A stretch of 59,730 bases of DNA. Source: Terriglobales bacterium (GTDB lineage: Bacteria; Acidobacteriota; Terriglobia; Terriglobales; Acidobacteriaceae). Position 1 is the first letter of the stretch; each line of letters opens with the position of its first letter. Shown here piece by piece: positions 7,969-17,253 of this stretch. The notes beneath the pieces are model-generated. The model worked only from the letters and a program-made list of their open reading frames with translations. It had not been told where the DNA came from and ran no database searches. The DNA lies in assembly GCA_035935775.1 (NCBI GenBank), contig DASYWT010000199.1, positions 1-59,730 of the forward strand. The letters run 5' to 3'. Position numbers and translations under genes: made by a program.

Positions 7969-9651
7969 ATGCCCAGTCCAGATACCCCCGAATCCAAAAC
8001 TGCCGAAGACGAGCCCGAATCGTTCCAGGAAGTGTTGTCCAACTACGAGCGCAGTCACCAGAGCAAGCCGGAAGAGGGCAAGGCTCGCCAAGGCACCGTC
8101 ATTGCTGTCTCCTCGGATTCGGTTTACCTGGACATCGGATTTAAAACCGAGGGCATTTTGCCCTTGTCGGCTTTTCAAAACGATCGCCAGGCGCCTAAGG
8201 CGGGCGACAGGTTTCCGGTAAGCATTAAGGGACGCAACCCGGAGGGTTACTACGAGCTCAACCGCGGCCGAATCGGCCGGCCCACAAGCTGGGAAGAACT
8301 GGAGAAAGCCTTCTCCGAAAAAACCACTGTCGTGGGCACGGTGACAGGGACAGTCAAGGGCGGGCTGACGGTAGATGTCGGCGTGCGCGCGTTCCTGCCG
8401 GCTTCACGCAGCGGTGTGCGCGACGCCGCCGACTTGGAGAAGCTGGTAGGACAGGAGATCCGCTGCCGCATCACCAAACTGGACGCGGCCGATGAAGACG
8501 TCGTGGTGGACCGCCGCGTGATCGCAGAAGAAGAAGCGGGCGCGGCGCGCGAGCGGCGTTACGGCGAGGTCAAGGAAGGCGAGCAGGTGCGGGGCGTGGT
8601 GCGCAGTCTTACCAATTATGGCGCCTTCGTGGACATTGGCGGCGTGGACGGGCTGCTGCACGTGGGCGACATTTCCTGGCAGCGCATCAACAAACCCGCT
8701 GACGTGCTTTCTGTGGGCGATGAAGTTGAAGCCCAGGTGCTCAAGGTTGATGCCGAGAAGCAGCGCATTTCCCTGGGCATGAAGCAACTCCAGCCCAATC
8801 CCTGGGATTCGGCGGCACAAAGGTACAGGCTGGGAGAGCGGGCGCGGGGCACAGTTACGCGACTGATGGACTTCGGCGCTTTTGTGGAACTGGAACCCGG
8901 TGTCGAGGGCCTTATCCACGTTTCCGAAATGTCGTGGGTCAAGAAGGTAAAGAAGCCGAGTGATGTCCTTAAACCCGGCGAAACCGTGGAAACGGTGATT
9001 CTGGGTGTGAACGCGGCAGAGCGCCGCATTTCGCTCGGCCTTAAGCAGGCGTTGGGCGATCCCTGGGCCGACGTGGCTCAGCGCTTATCCGTGGGCTCGG
9101 CCGTGGAAGGTCCGGTGACCAGCCTGACCAAGTTTGGCGCTTTCGTCCAGGTTGCCGAAGGCGTGGAAGGCATGATCCACGTCAGCGAAATCAGCGCTGA
9201 AAAGCGCATCAACCATCCGCAGGACGCGTTGAAGGTCGGCCAGGTGGTCAAGGCCCAGGTGCTGGCTGTGGATCGCGAAAAGCGGCAGATCAAGCTCAGC
9301 ATCAAGCAGATGGTTCCCACCAGCATCGAGGAATATCTTGCCGAGCATCGCGCCGGCGACCTTGTGACCGGGCGCATGGTGGACCTTTCGGGCGGGCAGG
9401 CCCGGGTCGAACTGGGCGAAGGCATCCAGGCCACATGCCCGGTTGACGTGCGCGGCGGAACGAAGGACGAAAGGCCCGTGGAAGCGAAGACGGACCTGGC
9501 CTCCCTGAGTTCCATGCTGCAGGCGCGCTGGAAAGGCGGGCCTCTCCCCGGCGCAGGCAAGCCGGAACCGGCTCGCGCCGGCCAGATCCGTCAATTCCGC
9601 ATTACCAGACTGGATGCGGCGGCCCAGAAGATTGAGCTCGAGTTGGCCTAG
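7969..9651 (+). CDS. rpsA: 30S ribosomal protein S1
   Basis: 560 aa with six S1 OB-fold repeats. The pattern G.V....GAFV....G.EGL.H.SE recurs throughout. Confidence 0.95.
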   Translation: MPSPDTPESKTAEDEPESFQEVLSNYERSHQSKPEEGKARQGTVIAVSSDSVYLDIGFKTEGILPLSAFQNDRQAPKAGDRFPVSIKGRNPEGYYELNRGRIGRPTSWEELEKAFSEKTTVVGTVTGTVKGGLTVDVGVRAFLPASRSGVRDAADLEKLVGQEIRCRITKLDAADEDVVVDRRVIAEEEAGAARERRYGEVKEGEQVRGVVRSLTNYGAFVDIGGVDGLLHVGDISWQRINKPADVLSVGDEVEAQVLKVDAEKQRISLGMKQLQPNPWDSAAQRYRLGERARGTVTRLMDFGAFVELEPGVEGLIHVSEMSWVKKVKKPSDVLKPGETVETVILGVNAAERRISLGLKQALGDPWADVAQRLSVGSAVEGPVTSLTKFGAFVQVAEGVEGMIHVSEISAEKRINHPQDALKVGQVVKAQVLAVDREKRQIKLSIKQMVPTSIEEYLAEHRAGDLVTGRMVDLSGGQARVELGEGIQATCPVDVRGGTKDERPVEAKTDLASLSSMLQARWKGGPLPGAGKPEPARAGQIRQFRITRLDAAAQKIELELA

Positions 9652-9773
9652 CCGCATCATTTTCCCGCTCCCTACCTCGTCCCTGGTTCCGCAATTATGT
9701 TTTTGTGAGGTTCAAGCGCGCTCGCGCTGGCAACTCACTTCCGTAACCCACCCTCCAACTCGCAAGACATGGT

Positions 9774-10169
9774 GTGAAAATGGCGAGACGCGGGGCGAGC
9801 GTGCTGGCAGTTTTCGGCGTCTTGATTTCCTTCGTAATACCCGCGGGCGCGGACAGCGTTCGAAAGAAAGCCGGTGGGGTTGCGAAATACGTAATCATCA
9901 ATCTTCTGCTGGCGGCGGCGGACTATGAGAGCGCCCGCGCGGTGCAGCGTCCAGGTAGCTGCCGGGAGAGCAATCCCTTGTTCAGCACCCATCCCAGCCG
10001 GGGCAGATTCTATGGAGAAGGCCTGGCAATAGATGCCGGGCCGGAACTGGTGGGCTGGCTGATGCACCGCAGACACGCCCGGTTATGGCAGGCGCCATTT
10101 GCCGTGGTCGCGGCCTGGCACGGAGAAGGCATTGTGAGTAATTTGCGATGCGCCGGCGCCCAACCCTGA
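9774..10169 (+). CDS. Small secreted/membrane hypothetical protein (ESNPL motif, possibly DUF5658-like)
   Basis: Signal-like ASVLAVFGVLISFVIPAGA followed by AADYESARAVQRPGSCRESNPLF. More protein-like than the overlapping antisense ORF 9735..10076. The family call is weak. Confidence 0.4.
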   Translation: MKMARRGASVLAVFGVLISFVIPAGADSVRKKAGGVAKYVIINLLLAAADYESARAVQRPGSCRESNPLFSTHPSRGRFYGEGLAIDAGPELVGWLMHRRHARLWQAPFAVVAAWHGEGIVSNLRCAGAQP

Positions 10170-10284
10170 GCTAAACTTCTCAATGGCCTTCGGAGGCCAG
10201 CGCCCCTGAATTGTTTTGCCGCCAAAAGAATGTGCCCGGCCCGCTGCCTTGGCCTACAATGCTGTTCCGCAGTGGGGGTGAGGT

Positions 10285-11100
10285 ATGGCAGGTGCGGCGC
10301 ATGGAGTCAAATCGGCGCGCGAACTTTATAGCATGGCCAAGCGCCAGGGGACGTGGGACCCGGAACAGATTCCGCTGGCGGAAGATCGCGCCGACTGGGA
10401 GCGCCTCACGCCGGGGCAGCGCGAGCAGCTTATAAAGATCTGCTCTCTGTTCTTCGAAGGCGAAACCAGCGTGGCCGATACGCTGCCGTTCTTCGTGGCC
10501 GGCATGGCGGAGCCCGACCGGCGCATGTTCCTGGCCACCCAGTTCCTGGAAGAGGTGAAGCACGCGGAGTTTTTCGAGCTCTACTTCCGCGAGGTGTTCG
10601 GCAAAGTGGACACCACCGCCTACCTGGTTGACTCCTACCGCGGCGTACTGGTGGACGAACTGCGGGAGCGGGCCCGAGCCATTGGCCGGGCCGTGCTGGA
10701 AGGCAACAACGATGCCCTGGAGCGCGCCATGCTTCTCGGCGTGGCCCACTATATGGGAGTGGTGGAAGGCCTCATGGCGGTGAGCGGCTACGATTACTTC
10801 GACGAGATGCTGGGAACGCGTGGCATCTTTCCCCGCCTGCTGGAAGGCATCCGCCTCATCCGCGCGGACGAAGGCCGCCATCTCACCCACGGCATGGAGT
10901 ATCTGCGTACCAAAATTGCGCAACGGCCGGAACTCGCCGCGGAGGTGCAGCGCCTGTTCCTGGAGGAAGGCATGAAAATTCCGGGGCGCACCCAATTTGC
11001 TTTTCAGCCCAACGATTTTCAGCTCGACCAGAACCACATGATGGCCATTGCCTATGAGCACCTGGCGCAACGATCGCGGGAAGCAGGGCTGAATGGTTGA
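10285..11100 (+). CDS. Ferritin-like diiron protein of the ribonucleotide reductase R2 superfamily (R2lox-like)
   Basis: Candidate metal ligands in R2 order: E in FFEGETS, EEVKH (ExxH), E in VEGLMAV, ADEGRH (ExxH). Length and layout fit R2-like proteins. Confidence 0.75.
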   Translation: MAGAAHGVKSARELYSMAKRQGTWDPEQIPLAEDRADWERLTPGQREQLIKICSLFFEGETSVADTLPFFVAGMAEPDRRMFLATQFLEEVKHAEFFELYFREVFGKVDTTAYLVDSYRGVLVDELRERARAIGRAVLEGNNDALERAMLLGVAHYMGVVEGLMAVSGYDYFDEMLGTRGIFPRLLEGIRLIRADEGRHLTHGMEYLRTKIAQRPELAAEVQRLFLEEGMKIPGRTQFAFQPNDFQLDQNHMMAIAYEHLAQRSREAGLNG

Positions 11101-11220
11101 GTAATTGGGTAATTTGTAATTGTGAAACCCGTCAAACTTTGGAAGAGCACAGCTAAAAGCCTTCAACCTTGGTTTCGCAAGGGCGCAGCTTCAGCCGCGC
11201 CCCACAGCGATCCTCATTTC

Positions 11221-11284
11221 GTCATCCTGAGCTGTGCGGCCGAGCCTTGCGAGGGAGCGCAGCGAATAGACCTGCTTTTCGGCC
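11221..11284. repeat. Half copy of the GTCATCCTGAGC repeat family
   Basis: gtcatcctgagc...cgaatagacctgcttttcggcc aligns by eye with the left half of the element at 17254-17393 and with 22836-22906. No matching right-hand inverted repeat was found. Confidence 0.7.
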
Positions 11285-11368
11285 CGCCCCAAAAAGCACT
11301 TGAAAGATTGATGCGGACGGGGTTTGGAAAAACATCTTTCGCAAACCCCCTCCTGCTGCCGCCTCCTG

Positions 11369-13141
11369 TTAATGCACGCTGGTGTGACCTTCGAAGGGTT
11401 GCGGGAATCCCAGCCGCCCGTCGGACCAGCTCACGAAAAGCGTCGAGCCCAGTAAGTAGTTGTCAGTGTAATCACCGAAATTCGGGACGATGAGCGAGGA
11501 GTCGGCGCTCCAGTTGCTCGCTCCTGTGGTGATCTGAACATCGTTCTTGGTGGGAGTTGCGGTGATGCGAGGATTCACTTTGAGGGCTGCGAATACGTTT
11601 GTCAGGAAACTGTTCGCTGGCCGGCTGTAAAACGAGACGTTGAGGTTGCCGTTCACGTCCGCCTGGCGCAGTGCCGGCAGGAAGTGCCAGCCTCCTGTGT
11701 CGCTCTTGCTGTTGACGCGCACCGGTGAACTCTGTACTGCAGTCAGGCTTCCGGTATTGAAGCTCTGCAGAAAGATGTCGCCGGTCCCGTGTTGTCGCGC
11801 ATCATTCCAAACCATGCTCGCCGCCCCCGCTGCATCACTCACTGCGACTCGTGGGAAATCATTCATCGGAAAGCGGTTATAGCCGGGAATCTGCACTGCT
11901 TGCAGAGAAGTGATGTCTACAACCTGAGTGGCGTCGGGCGTCGCGCACGGTGAGGTGGACGATGATGTCAGACAGGCAGCTCGGATGAAGTTCATCACTT
12001 CCTGGGTGGGTTCAGTATTGCAGGGGGGGCCGCCAAAGACTGCAGTGAACCAGTTGTGTTCATAGGCGACATAGAGATCCCCGGTTGATCGGTCTACCGC
12101 CGGATACGAACCTTCATTTTCACAGAAATTGGGGTCGCCGGGAGCCACCACAAAATAGGGGGGCGCAGGAGCGCCGGCTCCGAAAATGCTTCCATCGCTG
12201 CCGTTGTGGCAGGTTGGGTTAGCGGGATTGCTGAGGTCGCAGGCCGCTACTTCGACGATCCCATTAGGACCGGTGGTTACGCCAAACTCGGTGTAGGACA
12301 TGTAGAGTTTGCCTCTCGCTGCATCAATGGCGAGGAACTCCTTGTCCAGGAAGCTGCAGAAGGTGAAGCCGTCAAAAGTTGTGCAATCCGAACTGATAGC
12401 CGCCACAATCGGTTGGCTGCAGGCCAGGGTTGCCGTTGCGCCCGACCCGCTAACTTTGCAGGCGGTCAGGGAAAGCGCGTTTTCCGGGACGTTGAAGGGG
12501 ATGAAAATGCTGCTGATGTAGAAGTAAGTGTTTCCTCCTGCCTGGTAGGCCTCGACGCTGGGGTCGCCTTCGGCGAGGCTGAAAGCGCAGTTGGCGTTGG
12601 GCACACCTCCCAAGTCAACGAAGGAGGCGCCTCCATTGTTGGAGAAGGCAAGTCCGGTCAACTCCTCTTTGTTTTGAAGGGACCCGCACGGCGCAAAGAA
12701 GCCGGTGGAGTCGTTCCAGGCCTCAACCACGTAAGGTCCGGCCGCGGCTACTGAAACCTCCGATTGACCGTGCGCCTGAACCCCCGATGGCGTGACGTCT
12801 TCTGAAACTGTGGCAGCATCCACATTGGAGCCCAGTTTCAGGGTGCTAGTGCTAGCGCTAGTGCTAGTGGTCTGGGCGCTGGTTAGAGTTTTGGCAGCTG
12901 CGGCCCCATTTTGCTGTGGGCCGAAGCAATACATCTGGGCGCCGGAGGAAGCTTGTACGGTCGTTCCCAGGTGCCCGCAGAATTTAAGCCCCTTGCGATT
13001 GGCTTGCGCGTTTGCCGCCAGCGGAGTTGCAACCACGACCAGCGTCGCGATCATGCTGGCTACGATAAAACGGTGGAATCGTCTGTCAGAGCTGCCTGCC
13101 GCAGCCTGAGATATGCGCAGCTTGAATTCTCTTGCCCACAT
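11369..13141 (-). CDS. Secreted hypothetical protein, possible BNR/sialidase-like beta-propeller
   Basis: Signal peptide MIATLVVVATPLAANAQA, an S/T-rich linker, then repeated blocks including the BNR-like AFSNNGGASF plus VWNDARQHGTGDIF and FVSWSDGRLGF. The fold call is tentative. Confidence 0.6.
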   Translation of the reverse strand: MWAREFKLRISQAAAGSSDRRFHRFIVASMIATLVVVATPLAANAQANRKGLKFCGHLGTTVQASSGAQMYCFGPQQNGAAAAKTLTSAQTTSTSASTSTLKLGSNVDAATVSEDVTPSGVQAHGQSEVSVAAAGPYVVEAWNDSTGFFAPCGSLQNKEELTGLAFSNNGGASFVDLGGVPNANCAFSLAEGDPSVEAYQAGGNTYFYISSIFIPFNVPENALSLTACKVSGSGATATLACSQPIVAAISSDCTTFDGFTFCSFLDKEFLAIDAARGKLYMSYTEFGVTTGPNGIVEVAACDLSNPANPTCHNGSDGSIFGAGAPAPPYFVVAPGDPNFCENEGSYPAVDRSTGDLYVAYEHNWFTAVFGGPPCNTEPTQEVMNFIRAACLTSSSTSPCATPDATQVVDITSLQAVQIPGYNRFPMNDFPRVAVSDAAGAASMVWNDARQHGTGDIFLQSFNTGSLTAVQSSPVRVNSKSDTGGWHFLPALRQADVNGNLNVSFYSRPANSFLTNVFAALKVNPRITATPTKNDVQITTGASNWSADSSLIVPNFGDYTDNYLLGSTLFVSWSDGRLGFPQPFEGHTSVH

Positions 13142-13415
13142 AATGTCATCTCCTGTTCTTCGTCAAAGGCTGGGAGCGACGGTGCTGCTTGGCAAATCGT
13201 TCACCGGAGGAGAGCACCGAGGCTCGGGTTTCCTGAAATTCTCCGTGATTAACGGAAACTGACTGGCGTAGGTTGACGATTAGGGACGGCCGAGGAGACT
13301 ACTTGCGGTGGGGAGCATAGCCCAATAAAGACCAAACACAACAAAAAAGTTTGTATTGTTTTGAAAACCGTAACTTGTTTAGGCTGAATAGACTGTGTTT
13401 CGGTTTCCCAGGTAA

Positions 13416-13750
13416 ATAAGAACTTCCGCCCTCAAGGAACTGGGCATTGAGCCGCTGGATCCGCTGCGCGCCGAACTCCGGGCACGCAAGGATGTTGCCA
13501 CGAACTGGAACATTCCCGGTACGGTTGCGGTCGCCCGCTGGATGGCGCTGCCGCTGGAGAAAACCCAGGTGCCGGACGACGTTCTAGCCGATGCCCGCCG
13601 CATTCAGGAGAGGGTTCCGGGGGGGAACTCTGGGTGGACGAACTGCACACCTACAAGCGCGTGGATCCGTTCCTGGTGGCGCGCTACCGCAACGACGCCA
13701 CCGGCAGGCTGGAAACCTACTATGTGCGCGTCTGGAACGAGGGGCTCTAG
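13416..13750 (+). pseudogene. Fragmentary ORF of unknown function, frame broken at a G7 run
   Basis: The frame of ORF 13542..13772 reads LKELGIEPLDPLRAELRARKDVATNWNIPGTVAVARWMALPLEKTQVPDDVLADARRIQERVPGG. After G7 (13619-13625) the protein-like continuation ELWVDELHTYKRVDPFLVARYRNDATGRLETYYVRVWNEGL-stop is in another frame. There is no canonical start before 13542. Confidence 0.4.
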
Positions 13751-13887
13751 CGGATACGGCTGGCGCGTCTGAATCCGTGAGATTACATCCTTTAGAGCTC
13801 TCTCCTGCATCTAGCTCGGGGGCAGGAGTAGTCTCACCCGGCCACGGGACCCAAAACTGCGTGTCGCGGCGCCCCACGACGCAGCAG

Positions 13888-14208
13888 GTGTTCACTTTGC
13901 CTAAAAAGAAGCACCTCCCGGCTGTCAGGGAAGAACCTGTACCCGAACAGTCGTTTCCGGCGCCAGCCCGCGCAGACGAACCCGGGGAACTGAAGGAATT
14001 CGTTGAAAACTACCTGAACCTGGCTGACAGGGCGCTGGGATTCGTGCGTCGCCCCGCCCCAAACAATCAGCTCACCATCTCCACCTGCATTCACTGTCAG
14101 CACACCATCGCGGCCACCGATCTCAAGCTGCTTGGCTTCGCTGAAAACCTGCATGTGTGTCCGGCAAAGCGGTTAGAGGTTCCTTCGCGAAAAAACGAAG
14201 CCGCCTGA
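13888..14208 (+). CDS. Hypothetical small protein with Cys/His cluster (start uncertain)
   Basis: The C-terminal part of ORF 13591..14208 is protein-like (ELKEFVENYLNLADRALGFV, CIHCQH...HVCP). GTG 13888 is one possible start. The antisense ORF 13834..14154 looks less natural. Confidence 0.35.
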   Translation: MFTLPKKKHLPAVREEPVPEQSFPAPARADEPGELKEFVENYLNLADRALGFVRRPAPNNQLTISTCIHCQHTIAATDLKLLGFAENLHVCPAKRLEVPSRKNEAA

Positions 14209-14215
14209 GCCTCCC

Positions 14216-14500
14216 TTACGCTGTTTTTCGCGCTATGCCACCACCCAAGAGAGTCCTGCCGGAAAGGGTTGATGAGCGAGTACCGAGCTCGGGCAGCGCG
14301 GCATGCCCGCTATCGCGGAGCAATTCAGCATAATTCAGATAAGTCTCAATGGATGCCACCACGATGCGAGCGTCAATGGTGATAAGGTCAATGCCAACCA
14401 GCTGAAAGCGTATCCAGGCATCAATCACGATGCCCTTGTCCAATATGCGGTCCAGAACATCGAGAAGGCGGGTGCCGCCGGGTTGGCGCTCTACGACCAT
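14216..14500 (-). CDS. Gas vesicle protein GvpA/GvpJ/GvpM family homolog (orphan)
   Basis: LLDVLDRILDKGIVIDAWIRFQLVGIDLITIDARIVVASIETYLNYAE closely matches the conserved GvpA/J core (L.DvLdriLdKGvVidawvrvslvGiell.ieARvviAsveTYLkYAe). Confidence 0.85.
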   Translation of the reverse strand: MVVERQPGGTRLLDVLDRILDKGIVIDAWIRFQLVGIDLITIDARIVVASIETYLNYAELLRDSGHAALPELGTRSSTLSGRTLLGGGIARKTA

Positions 14501-14745
14501 TCGACCGCCCTAAGCCGTGCTTGGATGTGCCAGCCAACAGATCAGTGAGCGGTCGCCGCAGAAGTTCTGCGAAAGGAAACGATCGCCAAAAATTTCCCGA
14601 TCCGGCGCGGAATCGGGTTTGCCTATAGACGGTGGCGTGCCGCTTTGTAACCGCAGCCATACGATGCCCGCCGTTCCGACCAGGATGCCCTCCCCATCCC
14701 CGAGTTCCAGAACTGCTAACATGCGGAGACACAGCAACTTCGGGC

Positions 14746-16635
14746 ATGGCAGGTACAAACCTCAATTCAGTCCAGCTTGGCAGTTTTCTTGCGGCCCTGG
14801 GGCTGCTGTTGGGCGCTTTCCTGCTCCCTTGGCTGCCGATTCACTCCCTGCTGCATGACAAGCTGCGAATATTGCCCACATTCCGGCGGGTGGCGCAACG
14901 CCGGACCTGCGCCATCCTCCTCGTCGGGCTGATTGCCTTCGCGGGCGATGCCCTGGTTAGTTGGCGACGACCGCCCCTGCCGGTTGTGCCCGATGAGTTC
15001 AGTTATTTGCTGGCCGCTGATACCTTTGCCTCCGGACGCCTCACGAATCCCACTCCCGCGCGCTACCAGCATTTCGAAACGCCGGAAGTGCTGGTTCGCC
15101 CGACCTATCAGTCGAAATATCCGCCGGGACAGGGACTCTTTCTCGCCCTGGGGCAGCTCGCGGGGAAGCCGCTGGCGGGCGTGTGGTTGAGTTCGGCGCT
15201 GGCTTGCGCCGCCCTTTGCTGGATGCTGCAGGCTTGGGTGGGAGAGACCTGGGCTCTCTATGGAGCGCTCCTGGCGGCATGTCAGCTGGCGTTCTTTGGG
15301 CATTGGGCTCAGAGCTACTGGGGAGGCATGGTCGCGGCCCTCGGCGGGGCTCTGCTTTACGGCGCTGTGCGGCGAATTGCGGACAATACGCGCGGCCGGG
15401 CCCGCGTCCGCGACGCCCTTTGGCTGGCCCTCGGGCTGGTCATCCTGGCCAATACGCGCCCTTTTGAGGGCCTTCTGTCGGCCGTGCCGGCGGGGATAGC
15501 TTTGCTCGCATGGCTGTTGGCAAATCGGGGTGGATTGCTCCAGTTCAGCCGTCAAGTGCTGCTGCCCGCCGCAGCTCTCCTGCTGCTGGGGGCCCTCCTG
15601 ATGCTGACCTACAACCAGCGTGTGACTGGCAGTGCCTGGCAGTTGCCGTATCAGGTTTACGAACGGCAGTACGACGCGGTGCCTGGCTTCATCTTCCAAC
15701 CGTTGCGGCCCTGGCCTCAGCTGCAGGACGCCGCCATGACGGCGTCCGCGGTGGATACGCTGGCGGCCTGGCGCTGGGCCCACGGCTTCTACCGCCTGGT
15801 GTTCATCAGCAGCAAGGTATTCGGTCTTTGGCAGTTTGCCTTTGGAGCCGCTCTGTCTCTCCCCTTCGTGATGCTGGTTTGGGCCGAGCGCTGGCCGCGC
15901 ACGGTGCAAATTTTGCAGGTCATCGTCTTTGCGGCCGTGCAGGGAATGGCAGTGGCGCGGTTTCTGTTCTGGCCATCCCCCAGCCCGGTCTGGATTTTGC
16001 TGCTGTTGCTGGCGCTGCTGGGGCAGGCAGTGCTGCTGGTCCGTTTTTTTCCAGCATTCTGGGAGCGGATTGCGCTCCTTGCCTTGGGTCTGGTCGCCTT
16101 GGGACTGGCACTCGAGACCTGGCGTTTCCATTCTCACTACATCGCCCCGGTGGTTCCGTTGGCTTTCGTGTTGTTAGTGCAAGCCCTTCGTCGAAGTTGC
16201 GCCTGGACGCGCGGAACCCGGGCCCCCGGGAAAGTCCTGGCACTGGGCCTACCCGTGCTTGCTCTCGCCATTGCGGCGGCGGGTTCCGTCGGGAGGCCGG
16301 GACGGCTGGAGCGCTGGGCGCAGCAGCGGGCCAATATGGAGACACGTCTGGCTTCTCTGCCCGGCCGACAGTTAATTATTGTTCACTACGAGCCGCAGCA
16401 CGACTTCTACGAAGAATGGGTGGAGAACCGTGCCGACCTGCAGCGCGCTCAGGTGATCTGGGCGCGGGAGCGCAGCCCGCAAGAAAACTGCCTGCTGATT
16501 GCCAGCTACCCCGGTCGTGCAGTTTGGCTGTTCGACGTCGACCGCGGCCACCTGGAAAAGTACAACCCGGATTGCGCTGGAGGCGCGAAAACGCAGCCCT
16601 CAGCCCCCGTTTTGGAGTTGCTGCCCGAGCATTGA
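14746..16635 (+). CDS. Polytopic membrane glycosyltransferase, GT-C fold (family 39 / ArnT-PMT-like)
   Basis: Many hydrophobic segments. The first-loop motif VVPDEFSY and KYPPGQGLFLALG are typical of ArnT/PMT-type enzymes. Likely start is ATG 14746 (MAGTNLNSVQLGSFLAALGLL) inside ORF 14632..16635. Confidence 0.65.
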   Translation: MAGTNLNSVQLGSFLAALGLLLGAFLLPWLPIHSLLHDKLRILPTFRRVAQRRTCAILLVGLIAFAGDALVSWRRPPLPVVPDEFSYLLAADTFASGRLTNPTPARYQHFETPEVLVRPTYQSKYPPGQGLFLALGQLAGKPLAGVWLSSALACAALCWMLQAWVGETWALYGALLAACQLAFFGHWAQSYWGGMVAALGGALLYGAVRRIADNTRGRARVRDALWLALGLVILANTRPFEGLLSAVPAGIALLAWLLANRGGLLQFSRQVLLPAAALLLLGALLMLTYNQRVTGSAWQLPYQVYERQYDAVPGFIFQPLRPWPQLQDAAMTASAVDTLAAWRWAHGFYRLVFISSKVFGLWQFAFGAALSLPFVMLVWAERWPRTVQILQVIVFAAVQGMAVARFLFWPSPSPVWILLLLLALLGQAVLLVRFFPAFWERIALLALGLVALGLALETWRFHSHYIAPVVPLAFVLLVQALRRSCAWTRGTRAPGKVLALGLPVLALAIAAAGSVGRPGRLERWAQQRANMETRLASLPGRQLIIVHYEPQHDFYEEWVENRADLQRAQVIWARERSPQENCLLIASYPGRAVWLFDVDRGHLEKYNPDCAGGAKTQPSAPVLELLPEH

Positions 16636-16641
16636 ACGGTT

Positions 16642-16785
16642 AGCCACTGAGGCACGAAGGCACAGAGAAAAACTAAAAATACTGGGCCAAGATTCAGGGT
16701 TGCGGAGTCGAAGCTTAAGGACATCTACCTGCGTGATCTTCTTACTTGTTTCTGGGTTGCTCTGTGTCTCCGTGCCTCCGTGGCT
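16642..16785. repeat. 26-bp imperfect inverted repeat with 92-bp spacer between convergent genes
   Basis: The left arm agccactgaggcacgaaggcacagag (16642-16667) pairs with ctctgtgtctccgtgcctccgtggct (16760-16785), with 3 mismatches in 26. It lies between the GT-C gene end and the DUF59 gene end. Confidence 0.8.
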
Positions 16786-16792
16786 GATTTTC

Positions 16793-17095
16793 TCAGGCGT
16801 CAATGCCGAGTTTTTCCCGGCCTTCCTGGCTGATGCGGCTGGGGTCCCAGGGCGGGTCCCAGACCACGTTCACTTTGACCGTATTCACGCCCGGCATGTT
16901 GAGAATGGTGGTGCGGATGTCGTGGCTGATTTCGTTGTGTGAGGGGCAACCGGGCGCGGTCAGGGTCATCTCAATTACGACATCGCCTTCTTCGACCTTG
17001 ACCTCATAAATCAGCCCCAAATCCACGATGTTGAGCGGGATCTCCGGATCGTAGCAGAAGCGCAGCCGCTCCATGATGTCGTCGCGCGTGGGCAT
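16793..17095 (-). CDS. DUF59/MIP18-family Fe-S cluster assembly protein (SufT/PaaD-like)
   Basis: DIMERLRFCYDPEIPLNIVDLGLIYEV...TLTAPGCPSH is the family signature. ATG 17095 is the likely start inside ORF 16793..17239. Confidence 0.85.
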   Translation of the reverse strand: MPTRDDIMERLRFCYDPEIPLNIVDLGLIYEVKVEEGDVVIEMTLTAPGCPSHNEISHDIRTTILNMPGVNTVKVNVVWDPPWDPSRISQEGREKLGIDA

Positions 17096-17253
17096 GGCTT
17101 CTGAAATTGTACTCGATGTTGCGGGCGGAATTGGCCGCCGGCTCTCGGCAGCCGGCCGTTGACGATTTGTGGCCGTGTGGCGTGTGTGCCCTCTGAGATT
17201 GTTACCATCCTGCAAACAGCAGCCTGCCAGCGCCGGCAAGAACTCTTTTGGCG

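Noticed and set aside
11122-11493. 123-aa plus-strand ORF downstream of the R2-like gene.
   Set aside because: It is built from the GTCATCCTGAGC repeat half copy and then runs antisense into the 3-prime end of the 11369..13141 gene. It is a typical spurious repeat-derived ORF.
13834-14154. Minus-strand ORF downstream of the GvpA/J-like gene as a possible second gas vesicle gene.
   Set aside because: The sequence has no resemblance to Gvp families I know. The opposite-strand reading (ELKEFVENYLNLADRALGFV...) looks more protein-like.
14216-16635. Functional link between the GvpA/J-like gene and the adjacent GT-C glycosyltransferase.
   Set aside because: The genes are divergent with a 245-bp gap, and there is no known relationship between the families. 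The association is probably coincidental.
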